DNA of 64,000 nucleotides from Bugula neritina (lineage: Eukaryota; Animalia; Bryozoa): the NCBI GenBank assembly GCA_964035545.1, contig OZ037767.1:13935801-13999800 (forward strand), written 5' to 3'. The notes under the pieces are model-generated. The model was not told the DNA's origin. It worked only from the letters and a program-made list of their open reading frames with translations, and ran no database searches. Positions within the stretch are counted from its first letter, which is position 1. Each line of letters starts with the position of its first letter. The translations under genes and the position numbers were made by a program. Positions 13,071 to 26,853 of this stretch are shown here, in pieces.

Positions 13071-13810
13071 TGTGATTCTGATGCTGATTGCAAAGTAACA
13101 ATGCAAGGCTGAGTCGAAGTGACAAGTGTAGAACTATAAAATCAAAGTAGAAACTGAAAGTGAAACGGTTCACAATCATTGCTAAACTTTTAGTTATAAT
13201 AAAAACAGTAAATATTGAAATATAATATTAATAAAACTTGAACTTGATAAATTTTATAATATCAAATATGACAATGACATAGACAGGGCAATTCCAAGTA
13301 AAATTTTTTCTCAATACTCAAACTGACTGCGAAACATACAATTGATAAATTATTGGTAGTTTCTTACCAAAAACCAATACTCATAGTCATACTGATACAA
13401 TCAAAGTCTTAGTCATTACTCATTAGACTTACTCTTAGTCTTAGATTTCGAGACAGTCAGACACCATGCGGGCATGACCAGAAGGTCCATATAAAAAATT
13501 AGCACTATTATCACCTAACCTGTATTCCACACTGTAAAACAAACTTCTATAACCCTGAGTGTTTTTCAAATGTTCTATGCCTTCAAAGGTGCTATTCCTA
13601 CTACTGCTAGTAGTAGTACTACTACTAGTAGCCGTAGAGATAAATTACTAGGACGGCTACAACGATTATTTAAAAACCGACAGTGAAAAAACGAGAGAAA
13701 TAACGGAATCGCTAAATCTCTTTGTTTGATTTCTAATTTAGTGCCCACGTTTCGGGAAAAAAGTTTATGGAGTAGACCCGCTTTGTTCAAACAAAGCCGC
13801 AAGAGTGATG
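13071..13810. promoter_or_regulatory. Probable bidirectional promoter region between SPAG7 and the SERTA-domain gene
   Basis: Head-to-head gene arrangement, local CpG enrichment at 13630-13800, and a perfect 22-bp palindrome at 13607-13628. TSS positions are not visible. Confidence 0.35.
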
Positions 13811-14639
13811 GAACTCAGCTGTGTAAAACCTTTACTAGCTTCAACTTGCAGTTTACAAAGACTGTTAACAAGCTGAAGCTATGCTAATGAATTTATACTA
13901 ATCAGTATAAGTATTACTAATACTATTATTATAACTATAGTGTATTAGTATAATTATTGCTAATGATAAGTATAACAATAGAAATGTTATTATAATCATT
14001 ATGTTATAATGATAACGTATTATGTATAATGGTATTTTAATTTATATTATAAATTAAAGTTTAAGTTAAGCCTTAACTTAAACTTTAACTTTAAGTTAAT
14101 AACTTTGACAGTCATATAACAATAACATTAAGCCAAAGTTTGACTAAATGTTATTGTTTTAACTATTAATATCATTATTAGTATTAGTATTATTATAAGT
14201 ATAAGACTAAGAGTTAGTATAACTATAAGACTAAGTATTACTATTAGTATTACTATTACTTTAGTGAGTATTACTATTACTATTAGTAATACTGTATTAG
14301 TATTACTATTACTATTAGTATTAGTATTAGCGTTGGTATAACTATTAACTAAGCATTACTTCAGGAACACTAATCTGAAGAGTAAGTGCAAGTCTAATCT
14401 AATAGTAATAGTTATACTTATAAGTTAGTATAGGAGTGCCTCATTTCACATTTGCTTTACAGTGTGAATTTTTTTTGACTGTAGCTACAGGTTAAGTGGA
14501 TGTTACGTTAATTGTTTAATCTATGTTCTCTCTGGTGTTTCTAAGACTAATGTATGTAATTGTTTATGTTGGTAAGAAACTACCAAGATATACTAGCCCG
14601 TCAGATGTTACACAGTCATAGTTATACTGCGAGCAGCAG

Positions 14640-14910
14640 ACCCAGTAGATACTATATTAACATATTAAAAGTTTAGAGGTCTTTTGTAATTACATCATAT
14701 GTTATTGAGATTTTTACAGAAGATTTATGTTATGATTCTTGCGTCTCTGTCCCAGAATCTGAAGGCCAAGCTGGGAGCATGCCTTTGCTGCCCCCTTAAT
14801 CCAACAATAAACCTAACTGCCCTGTGCTGTAGCATTTCTAAGGGCTCAATTTTTTTTGCTAGTTTTGGATCGCACACTGCGTCTGCATATTCCAGTATAA
14901 CTATTTAAGC
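14640..14910 (-). mobile_element. Degenerate non-LTR retrotransposon (CR1/L2-like) ORF2 3' fragment
   Basis: Minus strand reads ILEYADAVCDPKLAKKIEPLEMLQHRAVRFI, matching the post-RT motif LEYA..VWDP....I..LE.VQ.RA.RF; a frameshift and stops follow. Confidence 0.75.
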
Positions 14911-16389
14911 CAGTAACTGTAAACCAACTTCTCTGGGGTCTCCAGGCTCGTGCAGAGTGTGTTTACTTGCTCCAAGTCATCAGTTATCATGATTATAATT
15001 ATTGTATTGCATATTTTGATTTATATTAACTCTTCTTTCTTATATTGTCATTATCTTTATGGTTATTTCTTTGAGTTTATGAGTTAAATTATAAGCTAAA
15101 CTTTAAGTTATTAACGATAAATGTAAACCTTCAGTTTCAAAACTTTAGTAACTCTAAAAGCTATGGTAAAATAAATATAAACTGAGGCATTTAATCTAAT
15201 CACTCAGTGAATAGGTTCAGTAACCCCTGTCAGTAAATTTTATGTTATTTGATATTTTTTATTATCGTAATAAATATTATTTTAGTTTGAATTTGTATTT
15301 AACTATATTTTTTTATTATAATACTTATTATAAGTATTGTTAATTAGATTTAGTAATAATATTAGTAACTAATAGTTATAATGTCAGTCATAGTGTGATA
15401 ATAATAAATGTAATATATAAATATTAATATACTAATCAATTTTAATAGTTGTTGAGTAGAACTAACGCTTGCATTGTGATTTACTCCAGCAGCAGTACTA
15501 ACTTTCTCACTGATTAACCAAGTCAAATTTAGATGTAACTAAATGAAACGAGACACTGGTTTATCATTCAGATTCTAACTCAAACTGCCAGTGTAAAGAA
15601 ATAGAGTAAGTGTTGAAGTACCTGGCTGTTCTAACTAAGTTTATGATTGCTGAATATCAAGTCTCTAATGTAATGGGTAGCATCTTGAGAACTTATCCTT
15701 GGTCTCATAGGGTTGATAGTTGTCGTATGTCTGTGTATGACTTGTAAACTAAAATATTACTTATTAGTCACTGCACCATTATTTTCCTGAGTTTTGTCTC
15801 ACACCTCACAATTTACTCTTGTATTTTTAAATGTCTTCTATAGTCTTCCTAGAACTACAGACCTGCAAATTATATTACAGTGTGTTCTGCTTTAATAGTT
15901 ATAAGTTTTGACATGTCTCTACTTTGTAGCTGCTTCACTTATCTATATTTTGCATTTACCATTTGTATCAAAGAAAATTCAGTAAAAACTGTTTTCATTC
16001 AAAGCATATGCAATTTCAAACTCATGTACTCCAATTTCATTGGTTAAATGGTAAAGCACAACCTATAATACAAGTAATAAAACCTACAATGTTTTAAAGA
16101 ATATCACAATTATCAGTTTTATAACTAGAGATATACTGCATTGGAGTTACAATGGACTTAGGTATTTTACCTTCTGCTGTACATGTATAGCTGATTTGGA
16201 AACAAGTATTGGTTAATAATATCGGCTTTAGTACATCATTTTTAGTTTTTCTAAAAAAAGTTCAGATTTTCAGCTCTACACTCTTTTAAAGCTTCACTAA
16301 TACTTGTTGAAATTAAATTGATGTAGAAAATAACTTTACAAAACAAGATTAGCTTGATAGTCACTTGGTGCCTTTTGTCAATTGCTTAA

Positions 16390-17157
16390 AGGATTGCTCT
16401 ATCTTAGTTTATTACAATCACATTATAATTATGAACTATAATCTAATGTGTATGCAAACAATTGTGGCTTTGCAAAGGGATAGATGCCTAGAAAACAGCT
16501 TTTCAAAATTCCAATTTTGAGGGAGGTAAAATTTTCAGCCATGAAAAAGAATAGCCTAATACGTGACGTGTGAACGCCAGTAACTATGCTGCACGTGCTA
16601 ACTATAACGCTAGTATTCAAGGTTGCTGAGCGCAACATCAACCAATAACGCTCAAGCAGTTACAGTGCGCTATATAGGTCAGCTTTGGTGCGCCAGTAAT
16701 ATTGCACAATCTGACCTAGTTTAGATCTATCGCAGGCATTCATCCTAAAGAATGCATGTTTTTGCAATGCTTTTTTCTATGCTTACAAGCAAAATATGGC
16801 CTAATGTTATCACATACATGTTATTTAACATGTCAAAAAACTATAGATTGAGATAATTCACATTTGCACTTCTATAAATATACAAATTACGAGCTGAAAG
16901 ATCACATCTCACAGTCATATTTCTATAGTTATTCATTTGTATAGTCACGTGACCAGCAGGAATGCTGGCGCTGTTACGTCACAGTTCCCAGCTCATTTCA
17001 AAATCGGCGTTTTGGCTGTTACCAATCTACACCCTCAACTTCAACTAACTTTTTCTACCTTTGGTCAAATGCTTTTTGTCAATGCATGCTTAGAAAAACA
17101 CAATATTATGTGTGTTTGACCTAAATGGCCATTTATTAGACAAGATAGAGCAATCCT
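16390..17157. mobile_element. Kolobok-like MITE (TTAA target)
   Basis: TTAA|AGGATTGCTCTATCTT ... AAGATAGAGCAATCCT|TTAA: perfect 16-bp TIR, RR...YY ends, TTAA on both sides, no ORF. Confidence 0.8.
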
Positions 17158-18204
17158 TTAAAAACAATAACAAGGAAGGAAACTAACCTCACGCAGTTTA
17201 AAGCTTTCATCTGAATAACTGAAGTTTTATTTGAACGAGTTTTTTCATCTAGATTTTTAAATCTCTATACTTGAAAGAATATAGTTGAAAGTAAACGAAA
17301 TACGAATATGGCTAAAAAATTAGTTAAATGATCACAAAAAGGTTGATGCAAGGTAATTTGGTCAAAATTCTCTCAAGCCAAATTTAACTCTATGGCTGAA
17401 AATTTTGGAAGATTAAATGCACCTCCACGCACATTTATTTTTTATTCGCTTAGCTTCCATATAGTTTCACGTAAACCCTCTTCAGTTTTCATCGATGTGT
17501 ATAAACAAGATGTATCTAAGGCATGTTTAAGAAGCACCGTGCAAGTAAAAGTAAAATGTTAGAAGCTATGGTTAACCAGTTTCATTCAAATCGCTGTTCT
17601 ATTGTAATTTTCAGCTGTATTACTGTTTTGTTCTGTTAAATTTCTACGCTATGCCCATTCCCAGGGAAAGCATTCTTCTAAAGTAGTAATATACTGAAAA
17701 CTGAGCAGTTTAAACTTTTCATATTTAAGTTAATCCTTTAGCAAGAATAATTCACTTTTGCTACTAAATGCTACAGAAATTTTATAAAAACAATAATATG
17801 TTTACAGTGGGGCGTCAATGTATGGGCATTCTAGGAGTGGGAAATGTATGTAACCTATTCTTTCTTACATAATCCTTTTATACTGAAGCCGAATTTAAAA
17901 CCTGCTATTTACTACTTATGGGACAAAACCCACAATCATTTTCCTTGTTAATTCTATGAAGAATTGGTGAATAATGCGATATCCTTATCTTGTTATTGTT
18001 ATAGACTGTCGGAGGCCACTTGTTATAGTCGTACACCACCATCAAGCTACCCGCATAATTAGAGACCGTTAAGCTGGTTGGATTGGTAAGATACCAACAT
18101 ATTTACTAGTGTTTATTGTATAGTACTGTTAGCTGCTCAGTAGAGCGTAGTGACTGAACGAAGCTGGGTGTGAGCTACTAACCGTGAAGTGTCCCGTTAC
18201 TAAA

Positions 18205-18415
18205 TATTCTACCATCTCTACTCTCTACCAAATCTACACTTCAACAGTTCTACACTTCAACAATTCTACACTTTACCAATTCTACACTTCACCAATTCTA
18301 CACTTTACTAACTTTATACTCTACCAACTCTACACTTAACAGTTAACTCTACACTTTAAGTTTACCATCTCTACATTTTACCATCTCTACACTCTACCAA
18401 TTCTACATTCCATCA
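18205..18415 (+). repeat. About 16-bp minisatellite (TTCTACACTTTACCAA-like)
   Basis: About a dozen diverged tandem units. Confidence 0.85.
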
Positions 18416-18556
18416 AAGTTCTTATAGTCTGCTGCAAGCATTACCTAACCTATTTTATCAGCCTACTCATTCCCATTTCTCTCTCTCTTTCAACTCTCAG
18501 TTCAGGCCCTTCACTGAAAAGGTGTTGTTATTTGTTAATTAATATTCTCTGATAAA

Positions 18557-21500
18557 ATGACTTTGGCTGAGCTGGAGAAGTTTGTCACGGGTCCTGCCAT
18601 ATACAAAGGGTAAGTTCACGTCTGCAACTCAACTTCTGCTGTTTAGTTAGAAGCTCTAAGTCTACTGTTCCAGTTTATTCTCACTGTCTATATGCCCTGG
18701 CTGAGCTATGGCTTTTATGAAATACACTCTAAATACTTCACAACTTTGATTGTATTTCTCGGGATTTGAAAATATCTTAAATATAAGAATAGGTCTCCGA
18801 AAAGCTTTCTTCAAGTTAACATTTATTGAGTGGTTGTAGTTTTTTGAAAATTTGTGTGTTACGCTTATCAACTACTTTTGAGGCTAAGTCATTTAAGTTA
18901 TATCACAATAAGCTTCCATTAAATGAAAATCAAAGTGAAAATAATATCAAATTCAGGTTTCTGTTATATAAGACCACCTGAGTTGACTTTCACTTGAATG
19001 GCAATGAGAAAATTTACTCTGAACTATTATGTGTAATGGGTTTAAATACTTTAATTTGGTTTTGTACTGAAACTACAATACTACTAACAAGTTATTGGTT
19101 CCATTTATTTTATTTTTTATATTATTTAGAATTAGTATATTTTATTTTTTATATTATTTAGCATTAGTATATTTTATTCTACATACTACCTATAATACTG
19201 GGATAATATTACCCAATTATCTTGCGCAGTGCTTTTATGGGTTACAGAATCTGCCTACGTACTGGTAAACCTGTAAATGATTATATTTAATTGATAGCTA
19301 GTCTGTAAGGTATTTTCATGCACACTACCTAATAGCCCTGTGCTACTAGCTATAGCCTACAATTAGTTTGTATGAAGGAGTGTAAAGTACTATAACTAGC
19401 TAAAGCTGCCAAATTTAAGTTGATTTCTTCATTCAGAGCTACACCTCTGTCATGAAACCTGGTAGGTCATCACCTTCTTTAGTGTAATCTCTAAGCAGTA
19501 TTTACAGTAAAAGTAAGTATTTATTTTACATGCAACACTGTAGGTGTTTATTTACTATTTTCTCAACGCTATTTGAATGTAACTTTTGCCAAGTTTTGTT
19601 CCTTAGTGATTTTGAGAATTGTCTTACTTCTTCGTATATTGTAACATACAGTAGCAAATAATCTACAGTATTTAGCAGTAAGTTTATAGAATTACGGCAA
19701 CTGTAGATGTAAACTGTTGGTCGCAGGGTTAGTAATTAATATAATTTCTTTGGTTTCATGGCTTTAGATAGAGTTTCACTCAAATTATTGTACAAGTCTG
19801 TGGTTATTTTGTCACATAATTTCCAAGCACGCAAAATTCTCTTAAAATATTGACAATGCAGAATAAACAGATTAGTACCTATAGTTTAATAGCAACTTGA
19901 TTTCACCAATGGCCCACCACTAGTTACCACTAACTAACTGTGGCACTGAAATTATACAGTGTTACACCACCCTGTAAACAATGCTACATCTTACTAAATG
20001 GTGTATTACGTAACATCTCAGTGTAACACATCTCAGTAGCTACTTGTACAGCTTGCTATTATCTTTATTCATATTGAGCCCCAGTCAGAAATTTTTATGC
20101 CACTCCTATATTTTTTACTTTGATTTTTGAAAGTGTAAAAGACGTAACATTTTAGTTTGACCAACTCTACGCTGCCACACCACTATATTACTCTTAAAGG
20201 CAGCAAACAGTAGGCTATTGTGTAGCTTTTAACCCTTTAGTGTCACTGTTTTACTGGACCTTGTTTTGCACAACAAGCTGCCGGGATTGGTGCCCTCATA
20301 TTCACCAGGTTAATCGCCTGAGATCTTCACCAGCAGAAAGGGGCGGTCATTCAACTAAACTCACTAGTCAGGTTTTTTAAATGCACCTCAGCTACTGCTT
20401 GCCTTTAAAAAGTGGAGTATAATCTAAGCCAATGCAATGAGTACCAGCATGTTAACTGAAGTATCTTTAGCTGATGTTCATTAGGTTATACTGCTTAGCA
20501 CTACCTACTACTACTATAGTACTGATATACTAATATTGTTTTATTTAAACAGTAAATTGGTATATTTTTATGTATGGTATTGATTGATTATTGATGTATT
20601 TCTTGGTATCGATTGATTATTGACATATGTATTGATTATTGATATATTGATTGATTATTGATATATTGATTGACTATTGGTTTATGAACTGAATTCAGAG
20701 ACTAGTCAACTAAATGCTGATTAGGTCAGTTTGAGTCACTCTAGTTAACCGCAGACTTCCAATGAGTTACATAACCTCCAAGACAATATTTGTCAACTGA
20801 TGTGATAAAAAGTTTCATGTCTTATTGCTTTTTGTCATGGGAAAGCAACCTCTTACAATCACTTGTTGTAGCCAAAATAAAATGAATAAATATAATTTAG
20901 TAGATAATTTTGCATTAGTACCATATTCAATTAGACCAGCTGTTAACATATGCATTTAAATCACGTTCGATACGTTTCTGTCATTTCAATATCCTTCTTA
21001 AGAGTGTGTGCACCTTGCAATAGCCTCACTTCTAGATGTTCTGCCCACGAATCATTACATTGCAGTTGTGGGCGAGTATTATATAGAAACGCTGAAGCTA
21101 ACGCGTGGTTACTGAAGCGTGTAAATTCATGCATATTCTGCCAAGCGGAGATTTCTGGGATGATTTATTATTTCGAGTTAACGTTACTTCAGTTTTGACT
21201 TGTTTCCTCGGCAATTCAAAATATAAACTTTTAAGGGACGGCTCTCTAAGCCCCCAGCCTTGGTTCCTGGAAGCAAGTGTTGTGAATTGGTACTTTGCCA
21301 CAATTTCCAGTTATTTCCTCTTTTACCAGAAAGTCACTGACTTGCAGCTACCAGATGCTACTACCGTAGGGTTAGCGTGCCAGGGCAGACTGGTACCGCA
21401 TGACTACAGTATACTATAATATACTACTCTATACATGCTACAGTATACTATAATATACTACTCTATACATGCTACAGTATACTATAATATACTACTCTAT

Positions 21501-23584
21501 ACATGCTACAGTATATACTATAATATACTACTCTATACATGCTACAGTATACTCTATACATGCTACAGTATACTATAATATACTACTCTATACATGCTAC
21601 AGTATACTATAATATACTACTCTATACATGCTACAGTATACACTATACATGCTACAATATACACATATCCCCAAGTGTGCCCTGTAATTACTTGTTTTAT
21701 TACCTGCTGAGTAGTCTGAGATACGACTACTACAATAGTCTGAGGCACAGCATAACAATTATACCATAATTAGCATTCCTTAGTAATTAGATTACTCTAT
21801 CCTCTAATTAATATTTATTTGCCCACAAACTGTGATATTGCTAATTAGTCTACACTAGTTTATATATATTATTATATATACAAATATTTTTATCACTATT
21901 CGGAGTTGTAAGTTCTTGGAAATTTGCCAGATTTTTGTTTTGCTTGACAAATGCTCTAATATCAATAATGGTTGAACTTTTACACATTTTATTGGATATT
22001 TTGAGTTTTAAATTGTTTTGCTTACTGCCATTGGCTGAATGCTTTAGTAAAGACGGCATTTATTGGTTGTAGCAGCAGCAGTTGCAGTCTGATGCAATCC
22101 CCACCACAGCAGCAGGTCTCTGTTGGACAGAAAAGAAAACCTGATGAAACTCTGACTGGAAATGTAGCCCAGTTTGTGGACAACAGCAACCTTTTTCATC
22201 TCACCCTATCCAAGATTTTCACACCGCCCCCTAAGAGGACAGGTAAGTGTGTGATTTATGGCTAAGAATTAGTTTTGTTTCAAGTTGCGTTTATACCTCT
22301 GCTGAAAAAGTTCCGCGTTTCAGTTAATAACGCTTGTCTGAGTACCCCTTTATAGTCAAACTGAAACTCGGTGAAATCAAATTGATGCGGAAGCTTACTT
22401 TCAAAAAGTGAAATTTGACTCGCCTAATCGCTATTTAAATTAGTGAAGTTGACAGCATAAAATCGATAATTGAGAAGGTGTAGGCGATATAATTATTAAC
22501 ATATGAGTCCGTCATCTAATCCGCCAAAGTCACAACTAAATAATGATGTTAGGAGGTATTACTTCTTTTGAGTACTATTCTGAAATTGGCCGATTAAGTT
22601 ATCACAATACAAAAATTTCTGCGAGTGGCTTTTACAATGCAATGCATCTCGGAAAAATTTCAACTCCGCCAAATTGCATTTCTGACTAAAAATCATGAAG
22701 GTATAAAAGCAACTTTAGCCTTGAAGCCTTGACTTTAGTGTGGTTATGTGGAGTGATGCGCTGTAAATGTATATATTTAGTTCAAGGCAGACTGAGGCTA
22801 TAAGGAGATGTCATCTAGAAATTTATTGTTAGAAATTGTGATGGATTGTGATATTAATTTACTGTGAATTTATAGACTTAGTGCAAGGCAAGTGGATAGT
22901 TTGAAGTAGGGAGTGAGGCTATGCCTGTCATTTAGAGATATATTGCTAGAAATTGTGATAAGTTGATAAATCTATTTATAGCTCACGCCTTAGTTACCAG
23001 TCTATTAATAAGTTTCTTGAAGACAACTCCAAAATATCTGTTTTTTAGAGCCGCCTCTGCTACGATGCATGTTTCTCAGGCGACTCATGAAACAACTACA
23101 ATACGGCGTCTCACCTCAAACTCCGTGTAAAAAGATTAGCCTTGACCTTAGCCTCAGTGAAGAAGACATGATGCCGTCGTCACCGCACCCTTCCTATTCT
23201 CCGGAAAGCGCCAGAGAGCTCTATATCCCCGCCCATTTGTCTTCCTCCAGTCCAGCACATCTCGCTCAACGCACAATCAGTCCTGATGCCACTGGCTATG
23301 CAACTTGCTTTGACTACGCAGCTAAGGAAACTCCATCAGCAGTGACCTTCACCTCTGAGGTCGTCGACACCTTGAGTATGGATGGTTGCCAGGCAACAGA
23401 TAATATTATAAGTGCCCCCACTGAAATGATTGACCATAACATGATACCCTCCTTTGAGAACATGGACTTCCACTCTCTTGTGCAGTGCTCAGTCGAACAG
23501 CTGAATTGTAAGGAAGAACATTCTAGCAAACTAAATCACGCTGATGAGTTAGACAGTATTATGCAAGTTTTAGTTAGTATGTAG
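18557..23584 (+). CDS. Divergent SERTA-domain transcriptional co-regulator (SERTAD/TRIP-Br/taranis family), about 252 aa; exons 18557-18609, 22073-22242, 23049-23584
   Basis: GQKRKPD (KRK motif), then NLFHLTLSKIFTPPPKRT|EPPLLRCMFLRRLMKQLQ (SERTA-like), and the C-terminal DELDSIMQVLVSM typical of SERTAD proteins; 759 nt in frame. The first exon is less certain; an in-frame ATG also lies in the second exon. Confidence 0.8.
20575..20680 (+). repeat. Short tandem repeat (ATTGATTGATTATTGATAT-like)
   Basis: Visible tandem units. Confidence 0.8.
21400..21662 (+). repeat. 34-bp minisatellite (ATGCTACAGTATACTATAATATACTACTCTATAC)
   Basis: About 8 near-identical units, some truncated. Confidence 0.95.
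22283..22714. mobile_element. Older Kolobok-like MITE
   Basis: TIR AGTTGCGTTTATACCT / AGGTATAAAAGCAACT (1 mismatch); flanks TTCA and TTAG, each one change from TTAA. Confidence 0.65.
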
Positions 23585-25806
23585 CAGTCAAATCTTGTTG
23601 GCATGTGACGGCAGGTTCTAGTTGGAATATTATATGTCGGCATGTGTCAACATGTAGTAGCAGGTGCTCTTATTTTACTTATGAAGTCTGGCTATTGGGA
23701 TATTTTCTCTTACAGCCTGTGTTAGTATTATATGATTATTATAAATTTTCTACTTCAATGATGTAACTTATTAATTTTTCGTTCTATTTAAACGCAATAT
23801 CTTATATACAATGACTATATTTTCATTCTTAAATTTTAGTGTACAAAGTGAAATTATTTATTTACTGACTTTGCAGTTCCAATCACTATGGCTTCCATAT
23901 TCTTACATAGCAGGCATTATCCTGGTGCTCTATCATTGGTACACAGTTTACAAAATATTTTATCAGCCATTTTATGCTCATCACTTTCATGTATACATAT
24001 TAAGAGTTATTGCCCCTTTTGGAACTGCTAGATTATCTGAATCATCACCCATTTATATTGTTCTAGTGTACTTTTAAGATTGCCATCGCATTTGAAATGT
24101 CACCCTACTTTTAAATATTGAAGTTTTTGTACAAATTGTAAATACACATAAATAAAAGAATAAACATAGAAAATAATACATACTTACTTTTATATCTTGC
24201 AGGTATAAACATAAAAGGAATATAATATTATCGGTACAGCTTAGATGTCACCAGCATATGCCCTAAATGATACATAAATGTCAGAGATATTACAAGTTTC
24301 GATTTATTGTGCTGCAGTTGAAAAGTAAAATTATAGTTGCTAACATTTGGTGTATAATATTCTTGTGCTAAGCAATGCGGATGAATTTATAAAAATCTGC
24401 CGAAAGTTGCCTACTCCACCAACATAATAATTATTCACGTTCTTTGCTTGTTGGCTAGCAAAGTCTCACTTTAGCGGTTAAAGTAAAGTTCTCTAATACG
24501 CACATCCTGTTTGAGCATAGGAACTGAGTTACGACATTGATGTTACTACTATCACTATGACCATGTCTGTTAGTATTACTAATAATTAATTTACTGTTAA
24601 TTAGAATATGTGATGACAGTTTGTAGCAAATGCTGTAGTAGTAGTAATACTATTATCGTTTTACGTAGCTATTTTTGCATTGAAAGTGTTAGTTTTACTT
24701 TTATTTCAATTTTGAGTTAATGACTTAATCAGTTATGATTTATGTTAAAATAAAAATTTAAATTTACTACCACCAGTGACTACGGCACTAGTGCTACTGA
24801 TTAAGCTTTCAGCTTTGGGTTTTATACTGTTAGTGTTGATGAGTTGCGTGTGAAGTTTTAGTTTTACTTTTATTTTAATAACTCATGATAAAGTAATAAT
24901 CATAATGTAATAATGAAGTTGCAGTTGCTGATCAGTGTGAGTGTTGGTTGCTGTTTTAATTTTTGACTTCTTATAGTTTAGGTTGTACTTATAGTTATTC
25001 TACTTTTATTGACAAATAATAATATTAATAAGTTTACTAAAAATTATAATGATTAATGATAATTATAATGATAATAATATCTAAATCAGTGATAATAATT
25101 ATATGATAATCATAATGCTTATACTTATACGTACTCTTATAGTCGTATCCATATTGATATTCACTTTCAGTATGAATATCAGTATTCACTAAAACTTAGA
25201 AATAAAACTAAAAGCGTATTATTGTCGTATAATTTTATTTTGTAAAATCACATGCAGTTTGAGTTTCATTAAAATAAACTTTTTTATTTGTTAGCGTTAA
25301 TGCTAATTGAGTAATAGTTTATTAATATAGGATTTGTGAGTCGTATATAGCCCAATGGCAATAAAAGTTGACAAAAACATAGGGAGCAATATTTTAATAA
25401 AAACTAAATTAAAAAACTTTGAGTATTCAAGTTTGACATTGAAAGTATGAGTTGAATATTATAGTGCTGCTCACATCTGTTGTTTTCAAGTTAAATAATA
25501 ATTTTATGTGATTGTCATTTTAATTATTAGGATTGAAATGTTTTGACCTCAGGATGAAATATGTTTTACCTTCAAAAATATTTATGCTTTTACAACATAT
25601 TGCATCTGATTGGTTACCTGTAATGGATAAAATGAGTCTGCTCTTTTGAAGGCAAAAATTAGTTTCTTTAGTGAAAACTCAATATATAATATTTCGAATA
25701 GCTCTTATTTTTAATATAGATAATAAGTTGTTTTGTTGTTGTTGGGTGCCCAACATAAAAATTAAAATTATAGCATTTGTTATTTAGTCATGACAAATGA
25801 AAGGCC

Positions 25807-26853
25807 ATGGAGGAAAAGTTAGCCAAATATAGAGCTGCAAAACAAAGCCAGGCAAACTGTACATCAGAGTATGCTGAGAAGCCCCAGGGCTACCTTAAAT
25901 CTCTCTTTACAAGTTTCAAGGGTTCACAGGCTAGAAATGGCTCTGAATCTGAAGAGGTCAATGCTGGGGATTCCTGTGTTAATAAAAAGGAGCCAACTTT
26001 TTCTAATGGTGACAGTGTAAGAATTCAGACCCACAAATAACTATTTAACTATCAGTAGATAATAATTACTGTGTTATAATTTTTTAGTCAAATATATGCA
26101 ATTTTGCTTCTTTATTTTTGCATACAATGTCATACAATGTTATTAACTCTGTTTAGTAAATTTTGATATATTTGTGCAATATATATAAATAAAAAGGTAC
26201 CGAACACACACAATGTCTATGTAAAAGTTATTGATTTACAAGAAATTTGGTAATTCATATAAATTACTGTTAGTCTGATATTTAATTTGATAGGTAGTGC
26301 AAATAATTATTTGCAGCTTGACTTTAACATTTTTTTAATTTAAAATATGCTAGTTTTATAGTTTATGATATTAAACTAATATCCAGATATTTTTCTCCTT
26401 TTAATTTGCTTTGTTTACTTGGTATAGTTTGATTACATTGTTTCTATAATAAACTGAACCTTGAGTTCAGCATAGCACTTATAGACTGTATCATCTCTGT
26501 TCTGATTGGACAATCATAACCTGTTTTAGGTCACATCCTCCAACATTCCAGAAAATTCTGAAGACGTCCCAACAACTCCTGGCTACAGTAAGACAAAGCC
26601 TCTTCTGGCTGTGCTCTGGTGCCTGGTGATAACTATCTTAGCCTGCTATCAGCTAGCGGGGCCTTTCATAATACTAACAGTAATTGTCGCTATGGTGTAC
26701 TACGGTACTTCCTCTGGTAGAGTGAGGAAGAGAAATGAGCTTAGTGCCTACTCGGTATTCAACCCTAACTGTGTGAGATTGGAAGGCACTTTTACAGCTG
26801 AACAATTTGAAAATGAATTACTCCGTAAACCTCTAGATAGCAAGTCTAGCTGA
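25807..26853 (+). CDS. SAYSD1: SAYSvFN domain-containing protein 1, 177 aa; exons 25807-26016, 26530-26853
   Basis: N-terminus MEEKLAKYRA, hydrophobic hairpin, and ELSAYSVFNPNC.RLEGTFTAEQFENEL signature. Confidence 0.95.

Noticed and set aside
14054-14088. Short hairpin TTAAAGTTTAAGTTAAG/CTTAACTTAAACTTTAA (also 7271-7292)
   Set aside because: Expected by-product of low-complexity AT-rich sequence; no independent support for function.
20950-21419. Three overlapping short ORFs in a CpG-richer patch
   Set aside because: No motif or phase-compatible splice sites; probably a decayed repeat, but I could not define its ends.
21400-21662. 34-bp repeats of CRISPR-like length (also 37935-38290)
   Set aside because: Head-to-tail units with no unique spacers, no cas genes, eukaryotic intron context.
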